This document shows, piece after piece, positions 18,391-27,599 of a stretch of DNA of 52,286 nt (position 1 is its first letter; each line of letters starts with the position of its first letter). The position numbers and the translations under genes are program-made. Under the pieces are notes generated by a model. It searched no databases. It was not told the origin of the DNA and saw only the letters and a list, made by a program, of their open reading frames with translations. The stretch comes from a virus (lineage: Duplodnaviria; Caudoviricetes): positions 1-52,286 of the IMG/VR virus record IMGVR_UViG_3300030012_002942, one strand, 5' to 3'.

Positions 18391-20258
18391 GTAACACAGA
18401 ACTATCAACACAGATTCTATCAGATATTACGGTATATATGAAATATGCTCGATACTTGCCTGAAAAGCAAAGGCGAGAAACCTGGGATGAACTGGTGACT
18501 CGAAATCTTGAGATGCACATTAAGAAGTACCCAGAACTAAAGGGTGAGATCGTAGAAACATATAAGAACGTGTTTGACAAGAAGGTCTTGCCCTCTATGC
18601 GCTCAATGCAGTTCGCAGGGAAACCTATTGAAATCTCTCCAAACCGTGTGTTCAACTGTGCATACGCCCCAGTTGATGACTGGCGTGTTTTCGGTGAGAT
18701 TATGTTCTTGTTGCTTGGCGGAACAGGTGTCGGCTACTCTGTTCAACAGCATCACGTTGATGAACTACCAGAAATCAGAAAACCAAATCCAAACCGATCA
18801 AGGAGGTATTTGATCAATGATAGTATTGAAGGGTGGGCTGATGCAGTCAAATATCTTATCCGCAGCTACTTCTTTGGTGGCTCGAAGCTACGATTTGATT
18901 TTAGTGATATTCGCCCTAAGGGTGCTCGACTTGTAACTTCTGGCGGTAAAGCCCCAGGACCACAACCTCTCAGGGAGTGTCTTGTTAAGGTCGAGGGTGT
19001 TCTTGCTGAGAAGGAGGACGGTCAGCGTCTGTCCGCAATTGAGGTTCACGACATCGTCTGCCACATTGCTGATGCTGTGCTGGCTGGGGGTATCCGTCGT
19101 GCTGCTCTTATTTCTTTGTTCTCCGCAAGTGACAATGAGATGATTGCTTGCAAGTCTGGCAACTGGTGGGAGACCAACCCACAGCGTGGACGAGCTAACA
19201 ACTCTGCTGTACTTTTGCGGCACAGAGTAACAAAAGAATTCTTCCTAGACTTATGGAAACGAGTCGAAGCATCCAATGCTGGAGAGCCTGGCATCTACCT
19301 ATCCAACGACAAGGACTGGGGAACCAACCCATGCTGTGAGATTGGACTACGACCATTCCAGTTCTGTAACCTTACAGAAGTAAATGTCAGCAACATTAAG
19401 GATCAGCGAGACCTTGAGGATCGTGTTCGTGCTGCTGCTTTCATCGGCACGCTGCAAGCAGGGTATACGGACTTCCATTATCTCCGACCAGTCTGGCAAC
19501 GAACCACAGAGAAAGACGCTCTTATTGGTGTATCGATGACGGGTATTGCTTCAGGTCGTGTATTACAGGATGACATTGACTTGACCGCCGCTGCCCATGT
19601 TGTCAAGGAAGAAAACGCCCGTGTCGCTCAGTTGATCGGCATCAATAAGGCTGCTCGCACAACCTGCGTCAAACCAGCAGGAACAACCAGCTTGGCACTT
19701 GGCACATCCAGCGGTATTCACGCTTGGCACAACGACTATTACATTCGTCGTATCCGTGTTGGCAAGAATGAACCAATCTACTGGCACCTTGCCATCCATC
19801 ACCCAGAACTAGTAGAAGACGAGTACTTCCGTCCACACGATACAGCCGTAATCTCGGTTCCGCAGATGGCACCTGAAGGCTCTATCTTCCGCACCGAAAG
19901 CGCTTTCCAGCTTTTGCGGAGAGTAAAGAAAATCACTAGCGAGTGGGTCAAGGCAGGTCACCGCTCAGGTCAAAACGGACACAACGTCTCAGCGACTATT
20001 TCATTGCGTGAGAACGAGTGGGTAGATGCTGGAGAGTGGATGTGGGACAATCGAAATACCTACAATGGGCTTTCAGTTCTTCCCTATGATGGTGGTTCTT
20101 ACCAGCAGGCTCCTTTTGAAGACTGTACCCGAGAACACTATGAGACAATGCTCAATACTCTCAAGGGTGTTGACCTGACTCAAATCGAAGAGACGGAAGA
20201 TAACACAGACCTTAAAGATCAAGCTGCTTGTGCTGGCGGTGCTTGTGAAATCACTTAA
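18387..20258 (+). CDS. nrdJ: Class II (adenosylcobalamin-dependent) ribonucleotide reductase
   Basis: KYAR...RRETW, NCAY, GTGVG, GGIRR.ALI, TNPCCEI, VKPAGT.S, C-terminal CAGGACEI. No small subunit adjacent. Confidence 0.92.
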   Translation: MSNTELSTQILSDITVYMKYARYLPEKQRRETWDELVTRNLEMHIKKYPELKGEIVETYKNVFDKKVLPSMRSMQFAGKPIEISPNRVFNCAYAPVDDWRVFGEIMFLLLGGTGVGYSVQQHHVDELPEIRKPNPNRSRRYLINDSIEGWADAVKYLIRSYFFGGSKLRFDFSDIRPKGARLVTSGGKAPGPQPLRECLVKVEGVLAEKEDGQRLSAIEVHDIVCHIADAVLAGGIRRAALISLFSASDNEMIACKSGNWWETNPQRGRANNSAVLLRHRVTKEFFLDLWKRVEASNAGEPGIYLSNDKDWGTNPCCEIGLRPFQFCNLTEVNVSNIKDQRDLEDRVRAAAFIGTLQAGYTDFHYLRPVWQRTTEKDALIGVSMTGIASGRVLQDDIDLTAAAHVVKEENARVAQLIGINKAARTTCVKPAGTTSLALGTSSGIHAWHNDYYIRRIRVGKNEPIYWHLAIHHPELVEDEYFRPHDTAVISVPQMAPEGSIFRTESAFQLLRRVKKITSEWVKAGHRSGQNGHNVSATISLRENEWVDAGEWMWDNRNTYNGLSVLPYDGGSYQQAPFEDCTREHYETMLNTLKGVDLTQIEETEDNTDLKDQAACAGGACEIT

Positions 20259-20283
20259 ACGGAAACATAAAATAAGATATAAT
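20256..20283 (+). promoter_or_regulatory. Putative sigma70-type promoter (TAAACG-16-TATAAT)
   Basis: Perfect -10, upstream of groES. Confidence 0.45.
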
Positions 20284-20306
20284 ACACACCGGAAAGGAGC
20301 ATAAAG

Positions 20307-20558
20307 TTGAAACCTTTAAATCGCAGACTACTTATAGAAACTATCGAGGAGGAACCACAACAGGGAACATTCTTTGTACCAGTAGAAGAGAAAGTTGAAG
20401 ACTTCTTAGTGGCTAAGGTTGTCTCTTGTGCTAGTGATTGTACTAATGACCTGACTGGCAAGACCGTGATTATTCACGCTTTCGGCAGAGAAGAAGTCAC
20501 AGTAAAAGGAAAAACATATACTTTTATTGGAGAGAATCACCTGATCTGTGTAGAATGA
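20307..20558 (+). CDS. groES: Co-chaperonin GroES-like
   Basis: MKPLNRRLLIE start, A.VV, G..V, terminal Y.FI.E..LI. AAAGGAG RBS. Confidence 0.75.
   Translation: MKPLNRRLLIETIEEEPQQGTFFVPVEEKVEDFLVAKVVSCASDCTNDLTGKTVIIHAFGREEVTVKGKTYTFIGENHLICVE
20328..20334 (+). promoter_or_regulatory. Putative late-promoter motif CTACTTA inside groES, upstream of 20563
   Basis: GACTACTTATA matches the intergenic motif closely. Confidence 0.35.
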
Positions 20559-20562
20559 TTAG

Positions 20563-21267
20563 ATGAAAAACATTATAAGCGAATGGAAGAAGTTCTTACT
20601 AGAACAAACAACACCAGAAGAGTTCCACGAGGCAGCATCAAACACTATGTCTGCAATGAGTGTTTTTGCAGATGACACAGTTGTCGAGTCAGAACAATCT
20701 TATGAGTATGATTTTTCACTCGCAAGCGAACCCAATGAGGCAGTCATTAAGAGATTTATAAACTCTCTCTATGGCGGTAAGAGGTCCGGTTTCCTGACCT
20801 ACTACTCAGAATCTGATCTTGCAATGATGGACTTGTACCTTATTCAGGGAAATGATGCTGGATTTGCTATTAAAGATGGTGATGATATTGTAAGTGTTCA
20901 TAATAACTCTCCGCTAAAGGGTTTGGGTTCTGAATTTATGCGTAAAGCTAAGGAAGTCGGTGGTCGTCGCCTTGATCACTTTGATGGATTCTTGAGTGGT
21001 TTGTACAGAAAATATGGCTTTACGGATGTCTATGAAGTTTATCAATGGGAAGAGCAATACAAGCCAAAGGGCTGGAATTACGAAACAGTAGACATCTTCA
21101 ATCCTCGGACCAGTATATATGCTACACAAATCGATGATATGGCAAATGTAGATCGTCAGGTTAAAATAAAAGCAGAAGACAACTATGATATTGAGATCAA
21201 TCCCGCAAACAAAGTAAATCAGTACCGTTACGGTCGCCCAGATGTTATCCTCAGGAAGATAAAATAG
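20563..21267 (+). CDS. GNAT-like acetyltransferase with (L/I)xE leader
   Basis: GFAIK..DIVSVHN...KGLG..F...A...G...LDHFD..L..LY.KYGF. Leader MKNIISEWKKFLLE. Confidence 0.6.
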   Translation: MKNIISEWKKFLLEQTTPEEFHEAASNTMSAMSVFADDTVVESEQSYEYDFSLASEPNEAVIKRFINSLYGGKRSGFLTYYSESDLAMMDLYLIQGNDAGFAIKDGDDIVSVHNNSPLKGLGSEFMRKAKEVGGRRLDHFDGFLSGLYRKYGFTDVYEVYQWEEQYKPKGWNYETVDIFNPRTSIYATQIDDMANVDRQVKIKAEDNYDIEINPANKVNQYRYGRPDVILRKIK

Positions 21268-21428
21268 TGTCTAACCAAGAGAGATATATAAAAGTTCCGC
21301 TCTCGTTGGTCGAAGAGATAATTGAAAGGATAGATAAGTCTTATGATCAGTCGAGAACAGAAAAGTCACGCTGGCACCACTCTCAGATTTTAAAGATCAG
21401 ACTAGAGGAGTTGAAAAAGGAAATATGA
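21267..21428 (+). CDS. Small hypothetical protein (53 aa, not in ORF track)
   Basis: GTG overlaps the upstream stop and TGA overlaps the downstream ATG: MSNQERYIKVPLSLVEEIIERIDKS... Confidence 0.55.
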   Translation: MSNQERYIKVPLSLVEEIIERIDKSYDQSRTEKSRWHHSQILKIRLEELKKEI

Positions 21429-21922
21429 AAAAGATATTTAACAGTTTTCGAACATTTTTGTTTGAGGGACAAAAGAACGACTATGAAAAAGACGGTATAA
21501 TAACCTTATATCATTATACTAAAAATGATCAGCCGTCAATTCTTTTGGATCCTGAGTACAAAAAGAGCTATCACTCTACTAGGGAGTTTGAGGTTGCTCA
21601 GACGCCACGACTATTTTTCTACCTTGATCCAAAACAGCGAGAAGTGTTTTTTAGGAGGGGTGTTCCCCTTTTTAAGGTTGACATACCAGCTTCTAGGGTG
21701 TATGATTTTAAAAATGATCCCGAGGGATACATAGAGAAAAACAGGCATCCAATTTATGGCTTAAGGAAAGGCGAAGAATGGAATACACTATTAGAAGACA
21801 TTCGTGAAGATTATGATGGAATATTTTACTCTACAAACAGGTTTGATGTTGTTGCCTGGTTTCGTCCAATCGAAATCACAAGGACATCTGAAGAGGAACA
21901 GGCTCTCCTAGAGGGCGAATAG
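21425..21922 (+). CDS. Putative ADP-ribosyltransferase-fold protein with (L/I)xE leader
   Basis: ITLYHYT...RLFFY...YDGIFY pattern reminiscent of ART-like domains. Leader MKKIFNSFRTFLFE. Confidence 0.45.
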   Translation: MKKIFNSFRTFLFEGQKNDYEKDGIITLYHYTKNDQPSILLDPEYKKSYHSTREFEVAQTPRLFFYLDPKQREVFFRRGVPLFKVDIPASRVYDFKNDPEGYIEKNRHPIYGLRKGEEWNTLLEDIREDYDGIFYSTNRFDVVAWFRPIEITRTSEEEQALLEGE

Positions 21923-21933
21923 AAAGGTAAGCG

Positions 21934-22233
21934 ATGAAGTACCCTGAAGAAAATCTAGAAATGACCGAAGGCTCGCTTGTTATGAACTATCATAACAACT
22001 TGTTGAGGTTTGGTGCAATTCGACGCAAAGTAAAAGGCACTGATGGTTGGTCTTATTTTGAGATCGATTTCTTTGAAGATGATACATACGAAGCTCAATC
22101 AGCCTTCCGCAGCAAGTTATGCGGCGAAAACAAGTATCGACTTATTTATCGATCGGACGAAATCAGGCTTGTGAGTGGTGCTTGGCTACAGCAAGTGGCA
22201 GATTCATATGGAGAATATACAAATGAGCGATGA
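21934..22233 (+). CDS. Hypothetical protein, SH3-like
   Basis: MTEGSLVM...G.I......W..F.IDF...IRLVS. Confidence 0.55.
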   Translation: MKYPEENLEMTEGSLVMNYHNNLLRFGAIRRKVKGTDGWSYFEIDFFEDDTYEAQSAFRSKLCGENKYRLIYRSDEIRLVSGAWLQQVADSYGEYTNER

Positions 22234-22576
22234 AGAAAAGGTTTTGGAAGAAGTAACTGATGATTTGATTCCAAAGCCACCATCAAAACTAGCTCCCCGA
22301 GGGATTACAAGTTTTACAGTTTTTCGACAACAAGACGAAACAGGCGTGTCTGGCGAAGGAGTTGTCATTGAGGGTGTTGTAATGGCAACAGGTCAATGCG
22401 TTGTCCACTGGCTTTATCCACCACCCCGTGGAGGTATCGCTATTTTTGATAGTATGAGCGACTTTGTAAAGGTTCATATCGAACCACATCCAGCTAATCA
22501 GACAATAATCACTTATCAAGACGGTCACAAAGATGTTTACGGTAATCCCCCAGAGGGAGAAAATAAAGAAAACTAA
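22223..22576 (+). CDS. Conserved hypothetical phage protein
   Basis: F.V.R..DETGVSG.G.V.EGV...G.CVVHWL motif. Start ATG 22223 after GGAG. Confidence 0.7.
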   Translation: MSDEEKVLEEVTDDLIPKPPSKLAPRGITSFTVFRQQDETGVSGEGVVIEGVVMATGQCVVHWLYPPPRGGIAIFDSMSDFVKVHIEPHPANQTIITYQDGHKDVYGNPPEGENKEN

Positions 22577-22589
22577 GAACCGCTCAGAA

Positions 22590-22596
22590 CTAGTTA
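22590..22596 (+). promoter_or_regulatory. Putative late-promoter motif CTAGTTA
   Basis: AACTAGTTATA, intergenic. Confidence 0.55.
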
Positions 22597-22618
22597 TATA
22601 GACAAAGAGGGGCATCAA

Positions 22619-23875
22619 ATGAGTAGAGAAATAATTGTTGGAATAGTTACAAGTTTTGACCCAAATGGTTACTTCAATAATGGTCTTCATCAAAATGCTT
22701 TCTACTTGTATAAGTTGTTCAAGGCGGTGCCGAAAGTAAACCCGCTGCTAATATACAGTCCAGCAAAGGTTAAAGGCGAGCCACCACCCGATCAATCAGA
22801 GATTTTTGGTGAGCCTGCTTATTGTTTAGACTTGTTTAAAGAGAAATATCATCTAGACGCCCTAGTTTTTGTAAGTCAGGTTTTGCCTGATTCATATTTG
22901 CAGTCGTTTCGTAAAAGAGGTGTCAAAATGGCGACTGCTATCTATGGTAATCGCTATGTTATGGATCAGGAGACAATGTGTTTTGGTCACCTTTTGCCCC
23001 CAACTGAAAAACACCAAAACTATGCCAATCGATCTCTCTACAGAGAAGATGGCAAGGTTGATGCAACTTGGATCTCTCCTCATTTTGCTTGGCAAAAGGA
23101 TTATATCAAACACAGATACAAAGCAAAGGACTCTTTTATCTGCCCGTATATTTGGGACCCTCAGCTTCTAGATCTAAAGTACGATCAACATCCAGATTAC
23201 AAGGATCAATCAAGGCGTTTTGAAAAAAATCACCCCGCAAATAGAAACATTTTTTGCACCGAGCCAAACGTCAATGTGCTCAAGACATCTTTATTCCCTT
23301 TGTTGGCCAGTGACATAGCTTATTGTCAAGATAAAGAGTCTTTCGGTAAGCTGTCCCTTCTTAATAGCAGACAACCAGTATTACACAATAAGAAACTGGC
23401 TTCTTATTTATCGACATTTGACATAACAAAAGATAAGAAAGTTTCTTTTGTCGATCGATATGCCTTACCAACAATAACAAAAGATCACAAAATGATGTTC
23501 CATCACCACTTTGAAAATGGACTAAATTATACATTACTTGAGTGCGCTTATTTGGGTTTGCCAGTGGTTCATAACTCAGAGTTTATGCCAGAACTAGGAT
23601 ATTATTACAGAAGGGCAGATCTAACAGACGCTGCTAAGAAAATACGTCAAGCTTTTCTTCACGAGGAGCGAGACGATTTAGAAGAGTATACAAAAACCAG
23701 CTTCAAGGTTCTAAGAAGATTTTCTATCCATAATACCGCAAATATAAGAGGATATCAGACTTTGTTAGCTAATCTGTTGGATAATAAACTTGAGGTAGAA
23801 CTTCCTGAATATATTGTCAATTTAGAAAACAAGCTCTTGAATGATTATCCATATTTTTCTTCTATGTGCGAATGA
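22619..23875 (+). CDS. DUF2827-like / GT-B glycosyltransferase-like protein
   Basis: NGLHQN.FYLY, W.SPH, PYIWDP, EPN.NV.K...P, HH.EN.LNY...E....G.P.VHNS....LGYYY. Confidence 0.7.
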   Translation: MSREIIVGIVTSFDPNGYFNNGLHQNAFYLYKLFKAVPKVNPLLIYSPAKVKGEPPPDQSEIFGEPAYCLDLFKEKYHLDALVFVSQVLPDSYLQSFRKRGVKMATAIYGNRYVMDQETMCFGHLLPPTEKHQNYANRSLYREDGKVDATWISPHFAWQKDYIKHRYKAKDSFICPYIWDPQLLDLKYDQHPDYKDQSRRFEKNHPANRNIFCTEPNVNVLKTSLFPLLASDIAYCQDKESFGKLSLLNSRQPVLHNKKLASYLSTFDITKDKKVSFVDRYALPTITKDHKMMFHHHFENGLNYTLLECAYLGLPVVHNSEFMPELGYYYRRADLTDAAKKIRQAFLHEERDDLEEYTKTSFKVLRRFSIHNTANIRGYQTLLANLLDNKLEVELPEYIVNLENKLLNDYPYFSSMCE

Positions 23876-23916
23876 TACTATATATCCTAATGGAGAACCC
23901 TGTTACGGCAGGTGGC

Positions 23917-23949
23917 TGAGCGGGGAGATGGTGCCTCGCTCATTTTTTT
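23917..23949 (+). terminator. Rho-independent terminator
   Basis: Stem TGAGCGGGG/CCTCGCTCA followed by T7. Confidence 0.8.
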
Positions 23950-23960
23950 AATCCGAATGC

Positions 23961-23988
23961 TTGAATAATCTCAGAAATAGTCTATAAT
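23961..23988 (+). promoter_or_regulatory. Putative sigma70-type promoter of dnaE (TTGAAT-16-TATAAT)
   Basis: Near-consensus hexamers just after the terminator. Confidence 0.6.
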
Positions 23989-24017
23989 GAATCTGCACGA
24001 AAACAGAAAGGTTGTGT

Positions 24018-27000
24018 ATGTCTCAGCGTATTGAAAGCAAGATCCCTTTTGTGGGCTTGCACGCTCACTCTGGTCTCTCTCCGTTTGACGGTCTAGGGAT
24101 GCCTGGTGAGCATATGGACTTTGTATATGAAAATGGAATGAATGCACACGCTCTCACAGATCACGGACATATGAATGGACTGTCATTCCAGATCGAACAC
24201 TTGAAGAAAATGCGGGCAGACGGTAAAGAGTTCAAGGCAATCTACGGATGTGAGTCTTACTTCATCAAGTCCCATCGTAAGTGGCGGCAAATGTATGAAG
24301 AACACAAGGCTAATCAAAAAAGGCAGAAAAAAGAAGAATACGGAATGGTTGTTGAGACTGAGGACCGCAAGCTGAAGCGCAATCCCCTCAATGATCGCCG
24401 CCACCTTGTAATGCTAGCTCAAAACCAGACAGGTCTAAACAATCTGTTTCAGTTGGTTTCAGATAGTTATCGACCAGAGAACTTTTATCGCTATCCACGT
24501 ATGGATTTTGAGATGCTTGATAAGTACAATGAGGGTCTCATCATCAGTACTGCTTGTTTGTCCGGTCCCTTGTTCGGTGATTTTTGGAAACATCGAAACG
24601 ACGGTTCAGATCATGTACTTTCGGCAATGCGAAACACGATTGCTCAATTCAAAGAGATCTTCGGCGACAGGTTTTACGGCGAGATTCAATGGAATGATAT
24701 TCCCGAGCAGCACGAGGGTAATAACCTTATTATTCAGGCTTGTATGGAGATGGGTGTTGAGGTCATCAGCACTTCTGACAGTCACTATCCCCGACCAGAA
24801 CTTTGGAAAGATCGAGAGATGTACAAGCGCATCGGCTGGGGCGGAAAAGCGCCTTATGGCGATGAAGATGCGAATAAGTTGCCAGAATCTGTAGAAGAGA
24901 TCGGCTACGAGTTGTATCCCCGCAACGGCGATCAGATGTGGGAAGCCTACAAAAAGTATTCCAAGCGATCAAAGATTGAGTATGAAGATCATTTTGTTCG
25001 AGATAGTATTGAGCGAACTCATCACATCGCTTTTGACCTGATTGAGGATTTTATTCCAGATAGCGAAGTCCGACTCCCAGAGTTTGTGGTTCCTGAGGGC
25101 AAGACAGCCATCCAGGCTCTAACTGGTGATGCTTTGAAGGGATTAAAGAATAAAGGTCTCACCGACTCCGAATACGTGGATCGTCTCAAATATGAACTCA
25201 ACATCATCAAGGAGCGTGGGTTCGCTCAATACTTCCTGACGATGAAGGCTATTTCAGACAAGGCTCAGGAGCAAATGCTTGTTGGTCTTGGTCGAGGCTC
25301 GGCAGCAGGTTCATTGCTTGCATATGTTCTAGATATCACACAAATTGATCCAATCAAATATAATCTTCAGTTCGAGCGCTTCTTGACCAAGGGTGGTGCT
25401 GGTTATCCTGACATTGATTACGACGTTGAAGAGCCTATGCTCCTGAAACAACAACTCGCCGATGAATGGGGGCAGACCACTGTTGTTCCAATCAGTAACT
25501 TCAACACGCTTCAACTGCGATCACTAATCAAGGATATTGGGAAGTTCTATGGAGTTCCCTTCACAGAGGTCAACAAGGTAACCAGTGTGATGATGAACGA
25601 GGCAACCCCACTAGCTAAGAAGGCTCGTGGTCAAACGGCTGGAGTCTATACACCTACTTTTGATGAGGTCAAGGAGTATAGTGAAACGCTTCAAGACTTC
25701 TTCCAGAAGTACCCACATATTGCTACTCACGTTGACAACTTGTTCGGTAATATGCGCAGTATTTCACGGCATGCTGGTGGTGTTCTGGTCGCCGAGAATC
25801 TTGATCGACATATGCCGCTGATTAACTCTGGTGGTGTCATTCAGACGCCTTGGAGTGAAGGTCAAAACGTTCGGCACTTGGAACCTCTCGGCTTCATTAA
25901 GTTTGACTTGCTCGGCTTGTCAACCCTGCGTATGATTTCAGGTGCGGTTCGTCACATCCTCAAGCGCCATCACGGCATCGAAGATCCTACATTTGCTCAG
26001 GTGAAGGAATACTATAATAAAAACCTACACCCAGACGTGATTGATTTTGATAACCAAGAAGTCTGGCGAGAGGTATTCCACAAAGGCAAGTGGGCAGGCA
26101 TCTTCCAGATGACCAACGGCGGAGCGCAAAACTTTTGCCAACAAGCACAGCCTGAGTCTCTTTTGGACTTCGCAGCAGTCACGGCTATCTTCCGCCCTGG
26201 ACCACTTAGCGCCAAGGCTCACAACCTGTATGTCGCAAACAAGAACAATCCTAGCCAAGTACACTACGAGCACCCAATCATCAAAGAAGTGCTCGGAGAT
26301 ACATACGGCTTGCTGGTCTTCCAAGAACAGTTGGCTATGCTCGCTCACAAGCTGGGTGACAACCTTTCTCTGGACGAGGGCAACCTGCTCCGCAAGGTCC
26401 TGACGAAAAAGGGAACAGGAAAAGATAGTGTTAAGACCAAACTTTATAATAAGTTTGTAAAGGGCTGCAATAGTCACGGACTATCTGAAGAAGTAGCCAA
26501 AAACCTCTGGGCAAAGATGGAATACTTCTCAGGCTATGGCTTCAATCTATCGCACGCTGTATCCTACGGAGCGGTATCCTTCCAATGTGCTTGGTTGAGC
26601 TACTATTACCCAGCAGAGTGGATGGCTGCGTTCCTAGACAAGGAGCCAGAAGATCGCAAGGCTCAGGCAATCAACACAGCCAAGTCTTTTGGTTTTGATA
26701 TTGTTCCTCCTAGTATCAATAAGTCTGGTCGTGTTTGGGAAATTAGTGATGACTGCAAGACTCTTATTCAGCCTCTCGCTGGCATCAAGGGACTTGGGGA
26801 TAGTGCGATTGACCAGATCATCGACAATAGACCCTTTGAGAGTATAGAGAACTTTTTGTTCAACGAGAACATCGTTTATTCTAAGCTTAATAAGAAAGCT
26901 CTTGATGTATTGGTCCGTAGCCAATCCTTAACAGAGCTTATGGACGATCGGTTTACAGGTCTCCGTCATTTCTGGTCTGCGATCGCTGTTGACCGTCCCC

Positions 27001-27428
27001 GCAAAGAAAAGAACCTGCTGGAAAATATTGAGATGTATTCTCCCGAGGGCGATTTTTCGGAGGAGGAAAAGATTGAGCATTTTGCTTCACTCACGGGCAT
27101 CTTCCCCATCCACGAGATTATGCCACAGGAAATCCAAGACAACTTGATGACCCGTGGCTGTCCTCCTATCAGCGAGTACGACCCTGATCTACAACTGGTC
27201 TGGTTCATTCCGAGGGAAGTAAAAATAAAGAAGACCAAGAACGGCAAAGAGTACTGGATTATCCATACCACCGACAGCAACTCACATGACGCTCGCATCC
27301 GTTGTTGGGGGGTGAAAGAAAATGATAGAATTTCTCTTAACAAAGTGTACGTTGCTAACTTAGAATATAACGACAAGTGGGGATTCAGCACTCGCTCAAT
27401 TAAGAGAAGCTTTAGGAGGTTGACTTGA
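24018..27428 (+). CDS. dnaE: DNA polymerase III alpha subunit (family C)
   Basis: PHP motifs LHAHS..S..DG, ALTDHG, SDSHY. GRGSAAGS, PDIDYD, RHAGG, KFDLLGL, FQEQ, YGFN.SH, C-terminal OB fold. ATG 24018 after AGAAAGG. Confidence 0.96.
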   Translation: MSQRIESKIPFVGLHAHSGLSPFDGLGMPGEHMDFVYENGMNAHALTDHGHMNGLSFQIEHLKKMRADGKEFKAIYGCESYFIKSHRKWRQMYEEHKANQKRQKKEEYGMVVETEDRKLKRNPLNDRRHLVMLAQNQTGLNNLFQLVSDSYRPENFYRYPRMDFEMLDKYNEGLIISTACLSGPLFGDFWKHRNDGSDHVLSAMRNTIAQFKEIFGDRFYGEIQWNDIPEQHEGNNLIIQACMEMGVEVISTSDSHYPRPELWKDREMYKRIGWGGKAPYGDEDANKLPESVEEIGYELYPRNGDQMWEAYKKYSKRSKIEYEDHFVRDSIERTHHIAFDLIEDFIPDSEVRLPEFVVPEGKTAIQALTGDALKGLKNKGLTDSEYVDRLKYELNIIKERGFAQYFLTMKAISDKAQEQMLVGLGRGSAAGSLLAYVLDITQIDPIKYNLQFERFLTKGGAGYPDIDYDVEEPMLLKQQLADEWGQTTVVPISNFNTLQLRSLIKDIGKFYGVPFTEVNKVTSVMMNEATPLAKKARGQTAGVYTPTFDEVKEYSETLQDFFQKYPHIATHVDNLFGNMRSISRHAGGVLVAENLDRHMPLINSGGVIQTPWSEGQNVRHLEPLGFIKFDLLGLSTLRMISGAVRHILKRHHGIEDPTFAQVKEYYNKNLHPDVIDFDNQEVWREVFHKGKWAGIFQMTNGGAQNFCQQAQPESLLDFAAVTAIFRPGPLSAKAHNLYVANKNNPSQVHYEHPIIKEVLGDTYGLLVFQEQLAMLAHKLGDNLSLDEGNLLRKVLTKKGTGKDSVKTKLYNKFVKGCNSHGLSEEVAKNLWAKMEYFSGYGFNLSHAVSYGAVSFQCAWLSYYYPAEWMAAFLDKEPEDRKAQAINTAKSFGFDIVPPSINKSGRVWEISDDCKTLIQPLAGIKGLGDSAIDQIIDNRPFESIENFLFNENIVYSKLNKKALDVLVRSQSLTELMDDRFTGLRHFWSAIAVDRPRKEKNLLENIEMYSPEGDFSEEEKIEHFASLTGIFPIHEIMPQEIQDNLMTRGCPPISEYDPDLQLVWFIPREVKIKKTKNGKEYWIIHTTDSNSHDARIRCWGVKENDRISLNKVYVANLEYNDKWGFSTRSIKRSFRRLT

Positions 27429-27598
27429 CAGATCCTCTTCAACCTGGAGATAAAGTCAGGTGTCTTGTGTGGGAACTGCTTTCTTTGTGCGACAGAGAAG
27501 GTGTAATATTGGAAATAGATAAAGATGAGTGTCTGGTTCAGTTTGAAACAAAGACTTTCAAGATGAACCCTAAATTTTTAGCGCCTTTAGGAGAATAA
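27425..27598 (+). CDS. Small SH3/KOW-like protein (57 aa, not in ORF track)
   Basis: TTG after AGGAGG: MTDPLQPGDKVRCLVW...EGVILEIDKDECLVQF. Confidence 0.65.
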   Translation: MTDPLQPGDKVRCLVWELLSLCDREGVILEIDKDECLVQFETKTFKMNPKFLAPLGE

Positions 27599-27599
27599 A

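Noticed and set aside
23906-23949. tRNA-like start (GGCAGGTGGCTGAGCGG) and fluoride-riboswitch-like GGAGATGG
   Set aside because: No anticodon arm, T-loop or acceptor stem, and no riboswitch pseudoknot partner. Better explained as hairpin plus terminator.
14414-27428. Inteins or introns in recA, helicase, nrdJ or dnaE
   Set aside because: Lengths are normal, motifs are contiguous and no splice-junction signatures were seen.
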